From Amoebophrya sp. A120 (Eukaryota > Protista > Dinoflagellata): a stretch of 64,000 bases of DNA. How positions within the stretch are numbered: the stretch's first letter is position 1; each line of letters opens with the position of its first letter. The stretch lies in the NCBI GenBank assembly GCA_905178155.1, contig CAJINV010000008.1, positions 744,001 through 808,000 of the forward strand, in the 5' to 3' direction. A model generated the notes under the pieces. It had not been told where the DNA came from, did not search any database, and saw only the letters and a list, made by a program, of their open reading frames with translations. Shown piece by piece: positions 59,906 to 64,000 of the stretch. Made by a program: the position numbers and the translations under genes.

Positions 59906-62809
59906 ATGCCGGGAAAAATTTCGGTAAAGCAGGCGGTGTCGTCCGTCATCGCGAGTATGATTGGTGCGGGTATTTTTGCGCTGCCGCAGGGATTTGCAAA
60001 GTCCGGCCTGCTGGACGGGATATTGATCTCCATGGGGATGGGTTGGTTGCTTTTCACCCTTTCTGCCGTGGCCCTTGCCATGTGTTGCGATCTCTGCGAG
60101 GATATCGACGCCCTCCGCGCAGCGGGTTCGGCCCCATCATCCGCAGGAGACGGGGCAATTCCCTCCCTAAATTCTCGCGGCAGCGACTACAGCTCCCTGC
60201 GCAGCGGAGCTGCTACGCCCAAGCTCGGGGGGTCCCGGACAAGTCAGACGGGCGATCAAGAGCCAGAGGTGGAAGTTACTGAAGATGGCCGAACCTACCT
60301 CGCGTCCAAACCGATCGTGGATGCTCTTGTCATGCAGGGAACGGTTGTGGAGCAGCGCATTCACTTGCAGCGGGACGCAGAGACGGGAAGGCCTTCCATG
60401 GTCGTCGTGGAAGAGGGAAAGAAGTATAGCAATTTCTATTGATCGAGATCCGTGCAATGAATTAATTTCATGCATGGCCATTGATTCAGTTTTCGGCCTT
60501 TTGCTGTATTTAGAAGCTGTGCCGCGTTTCGAAAATATACTGGTGCAATAACGTTGTATGGTATCAAATCAAGTTCCACACTTCAAAAGAGTGTAATTTC
60601 CATTGAGCAGAAGCAGGGCAACATTCGTACCAGCAAACAAGAGTGCACCACTCAGCACCAGCGCCAGAAGTTTTTTCCGGAAAATGAAAAACAACAGGAT
60701 CTACCTGCTTGGAGATATCGGCGAGAAGGTGTTCGGAGAGGGAACAACGTGCGGGCGGTGCGCACGTAATACTTTGAACATTTTGGCGAGTCTGTACCTT
60801 CTGTTCGCATGCTCAATTTTCCTGCTGCTGATGGGTAATGCGGTGCAGGAAGTGTACATGTCTGGGCGGACGCTCGCGGGAGATACCGAGGCCTATTCCG
60901 AGCGCGTGAACAAGGCGGTCTGGGCCGAAGCGATTGTGTTCATGTGTTTCATGATGCTCCTCGTGCAGATCCCGGACGTCTCCGTCATCGCGCGCGTTAG
61001 TTTCATCGGCACCACTGCGGCGCTCCTGATCGCGTTGCTGTTCATCGTGTCGCCGATCCTACTGCACGTGGGCTCCGGCGACCACTCCTTACCAAAGCCC
61101 GTCGTAGCCTCGGTCTGGCCCCAGCAGGTGAACCCGGTAGAATTGGTAACCGCGGACGGTCTGGACGCCGACCAGGAAGGGACACACTTCCAGCTCTTCT
61201 ACATGTGGGACGGAACCACGGGGCCCAGCGTCTACCAGCTGTCAGGGTACCAGTCCGCGCTCGAAAATTTCTCGCGCGTGCTGGAATCGCTCGGGAGCGC
61301 CTCTTTCGGGTTTGCTTTCGCACTGCTCGTGCCGTATCTTCGGGTAAGAATTTCGGCAATCGTGTATTAGTTCTATGATCATGACGTCTTATTTATTACG
61401 CATGCTTTTTTGCTGTAGTACACACTGCTTCTATCTAGTAGTTCTAATCTGCGACGAGACAAAAAACCCTAAGCCATCAAGGGTTGGTGGTTTTTCGAGA
61501 GAAAATACAGGTCGTGTCTTGATGCGACAATTGGAAGTAGAAAAAAATTGTAAAGTGCAGTAAGGAGGAAAAATCAACGAAACAGGCGGACATGGAGGAG
61601 CCACGGAAGATGGTACGTGTGGTGTGGATCAGCACGACGGTGTATCACATTGAAAACAGTCCCCGCAAGGAGCGCAACAGGAAAAATCAATGCATTTGTT
61701 TATTGAGTTTGGAACTCTCCTGTTCCTGTTGTAGTTGTAGCACCTTCAAAGAACAAAGAAAAGTGTAAACAGTAAGTGTAAGTTGGTGCTTCTGGGAAGA
61801 CCGAGGGGGGGTGTTTCAAGATGATACCGTCGTGGTGACAGTGTATGTCCTGGTGGTGATCTCGGGCCTCTTGGGTATTGGGCAGAAGTACCTCTTAGCG
61901 GGCGACAGCGTCATGGAGTCACTGCGAATGTGGGAGACGCGGGTGGAGTGGGTGAACGGCGTGACCCTCGGGCATGAGGTGTGGCCCCCGGTGGCTGACC
62001 CGGGTCTGCAGGACTTTGTGCTCGCGAAGAAGACGGTGACGGTGAACAACGAACCGGTGGACTTCTATTTGGTACGAAACCAGCCCTACTTCTTCGGCGG
62101 TGGGAGCGTCGGCAAGGCGTCGCTCTTGGCCTTTTTTATGTCGATCCTGCTCGGGATCAAGTTGATCATTTCGTACCCGCTCACTGTGTGGCCGGTGCTG
62201 CAGGACACGGAGAAGATGCTGCAGTCCTGTGCGTGCTGTCGGCGTCGTCGGAAATTCCAGGAGGACGAAGTGCAGCCGCTTCTTGTCGGAAGTGCCGTGA
62301 CTGCTGCTTCCGTGCCGTCGTCCTCGACCGTTCGCCAGCGCGGTAGTGCGGCGATGCGGGGAGGTGGCTCCGGAACTGTGCCCATGTCGGGTCAGTCCGT
62401 TCTTGTGCCGAGTGAGCGTATCTCCGTGCGGCGACTGGAACTGGACGCGGACAACGTCAACGACCACACCTACGAGCCGCTCAACTGCGTACAGCGGTGT
62501 TTTGCGCGCATCGCCGTTGTCACTCTCACGTTCCTCCTCGCCGCCGTCTTTGGGGCGCAGCCGGGAAAGCTCGGCGCGGTGATGGGGCTCACGGCTAACG
62601 TGCCCGGGATGCTGGCGATGGTGATGTTCCCGTTCTTGGGGGTGGCTATGCTGCAGGGGCAAATGCGCCGCCTCACCGGCGCAAAAGTTGCATGCCGCGA
62701 CATCGCCCTCTATGTCCTCTATGCGGTGTTGAGCGGAGTTGCTCTCATCCTGCTGGTATACCAGGTCGTCGTCACTCCGGGACAAATCGCAGACGCCTAC
62801 AAGGACTGA
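59906..62809 (+). CDS. Amino-acid transporter (AAAP/Aa_trans family); exons about 59906-60423, 60611-61343, 61586-61642, 61832-62809
   Basis: IASMIGAGIFALPQGFAKSG, LGSASFGFAFALLVPYLR|ADMEEPRK, KLIISYPL, and many transmembrane segments. Confidence 0.88.
61643..61826. mobile_element. Diverged introner, family E (184 nt), intron in the transporter gene
   Basis: Imperfect TIR tatcacattgaaaacagtcccc / ggggggtgtttcaagatgata; TSD cggtg/ccgtc. Removal of 189 nt gives WISTTVVVTVYVL. Confidence 0.75.
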
Positions 62810-64000
62810 CGAATGAGCGGAATTCTTCGCGGAACCTACTCGAGAACACATATGAAACACTGCACTTAGAAGTAGTCCAGAACACATACTGAGTTTTACT
62901 CACACGAGGTGCTTCTACCGCTGTATGTTTTACTGCAATCTGCTTTGATGATCTTCAGGATTGAACTTGAAGTCGATGCGGTTTGTCCTGCAGTCTTAGA
63001 GACTCCTAGACAATCCCTCTGCCGTCTCTTATCTGGAGGATTCTCTTGCGCTCCTGCAATTTCTAAGATGTGCGTAGAAATTCTTTTTTCATCTCCCGCG
63101 ACCTTCAAACTTCATTCCCTTTTTGAAGCGCAAAAGCAGCTTCTGCGAGAAGTATGACGCGGTCAGGCTGCAGGGCCTGACAGGACCCGTCGGGACCATG
63201 AAAGTAGGAACAGCACATACGAAATTTTGACCAGACGAGCAACAGAAGACAGATGGATTCTTGGCGCGCTTTACGTCCCAGAGTCATAGATGCGCATACA
63301 TTTTGTGAAGTTCCAGTCCTGTTCAACTTCACAGAAGCCGGCTTTGCGTTGCGACGTGTCTTTTCTTTTCGTCGCTCGTGGGCTTGAGTTGAAAATGAAG
63401 ATCAAGGCCGCATTCTGTTGCCATTCCTGCAAAAGTAAATGCATGGTTTTTATTGCCGGCGACAAACAAAGTTCCATTTCGTAGCTGTGGTGACCAATAC
63501 AAAATGTTGAAAAGATGAAGATCTGCTGCTACCTTTTGGTTCTGTGGAATGGTATGAACACTGAAGGTTCAGGCGAATCTGGATCGTTCGCAACAAGTTC
63601 AGCTCATATGTAAGTACCTGCTAGCAGGATCCATTTCTTACTATCGAACTAGAAGTGACCACGGTTAAGGATCGAAATTTTCTGAAAAGAATGTGGTTGA
63701 ATGATCGAAATGAAAATCAAAATCATGCACGTGATCTGCATTGTCACACTTAGAAGAAGAAAAGCCAGAAGATCGAGGAAGTCGTCTGCTCCAGAAGGTC
63801 ATGATCAAAACGGCCTCGTTGCCGAGATCCATCATGCCAGTGATTTTTTTTGGACCGCAAACGCAATTCATTGAAAATCCATCGAACTTGAATAAATGCA
63901 GGGACTCTCGCGACCGCTTGAACATAGGACTCTTTTTCTTTGATAGCGCCGCGCGCGCTGTTGCATTTTCATAATTCATTTAGATATGCGACCCTGAAAA

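Noticed and set aside
60420-60613. agaag direct repeat with a TAT start as another introner
   Set aside because: No ATA end or TIR, and removal breaks the frame; a normal GT-AG intron explains the region.

Overview
Eukaryotic, gene-dense genomic DNA. It is most likely from a dinoflagellate or close relative, probably the Syndiniales parasite Amoebophrya. This is an inference from three things: a VKNTF-motif gene, about 16 genes all on the + strand, and many non-GT-AG introns flanked by repeats. Recognisable genes encode Alba, two GSTs, a GT15 (KRE2-like) mannosyltransferase fusion, RPB5, VAC14, an ankyrin protein, a P5-type ATPase, an RNF32-like protein, METTL16, a PARP-like ART and an amino-acid transporter. 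The main signal is 11 non-coding mobile introner elements of 151-323 nt in 5 TIR families. All share one architecture: 5-bp target duplication, TAT...ATA termini and long terminal inverted repeats. Ten lie in coding sequence, and removing the element plus one duplicate copy restores or keeps the frame without GT-AG ends. Introners with inverted and direct repeats are already known from Amoebophrya. Several finer features may be new: the interiors are inverted between copies while the outer termini follow the gene's direction, unrelated families share a TGT[C/G]ATGC motif, lengths step by about 10 bp, and elements insert in tight pairs. All splicing was inferred by hand, without transcript data.
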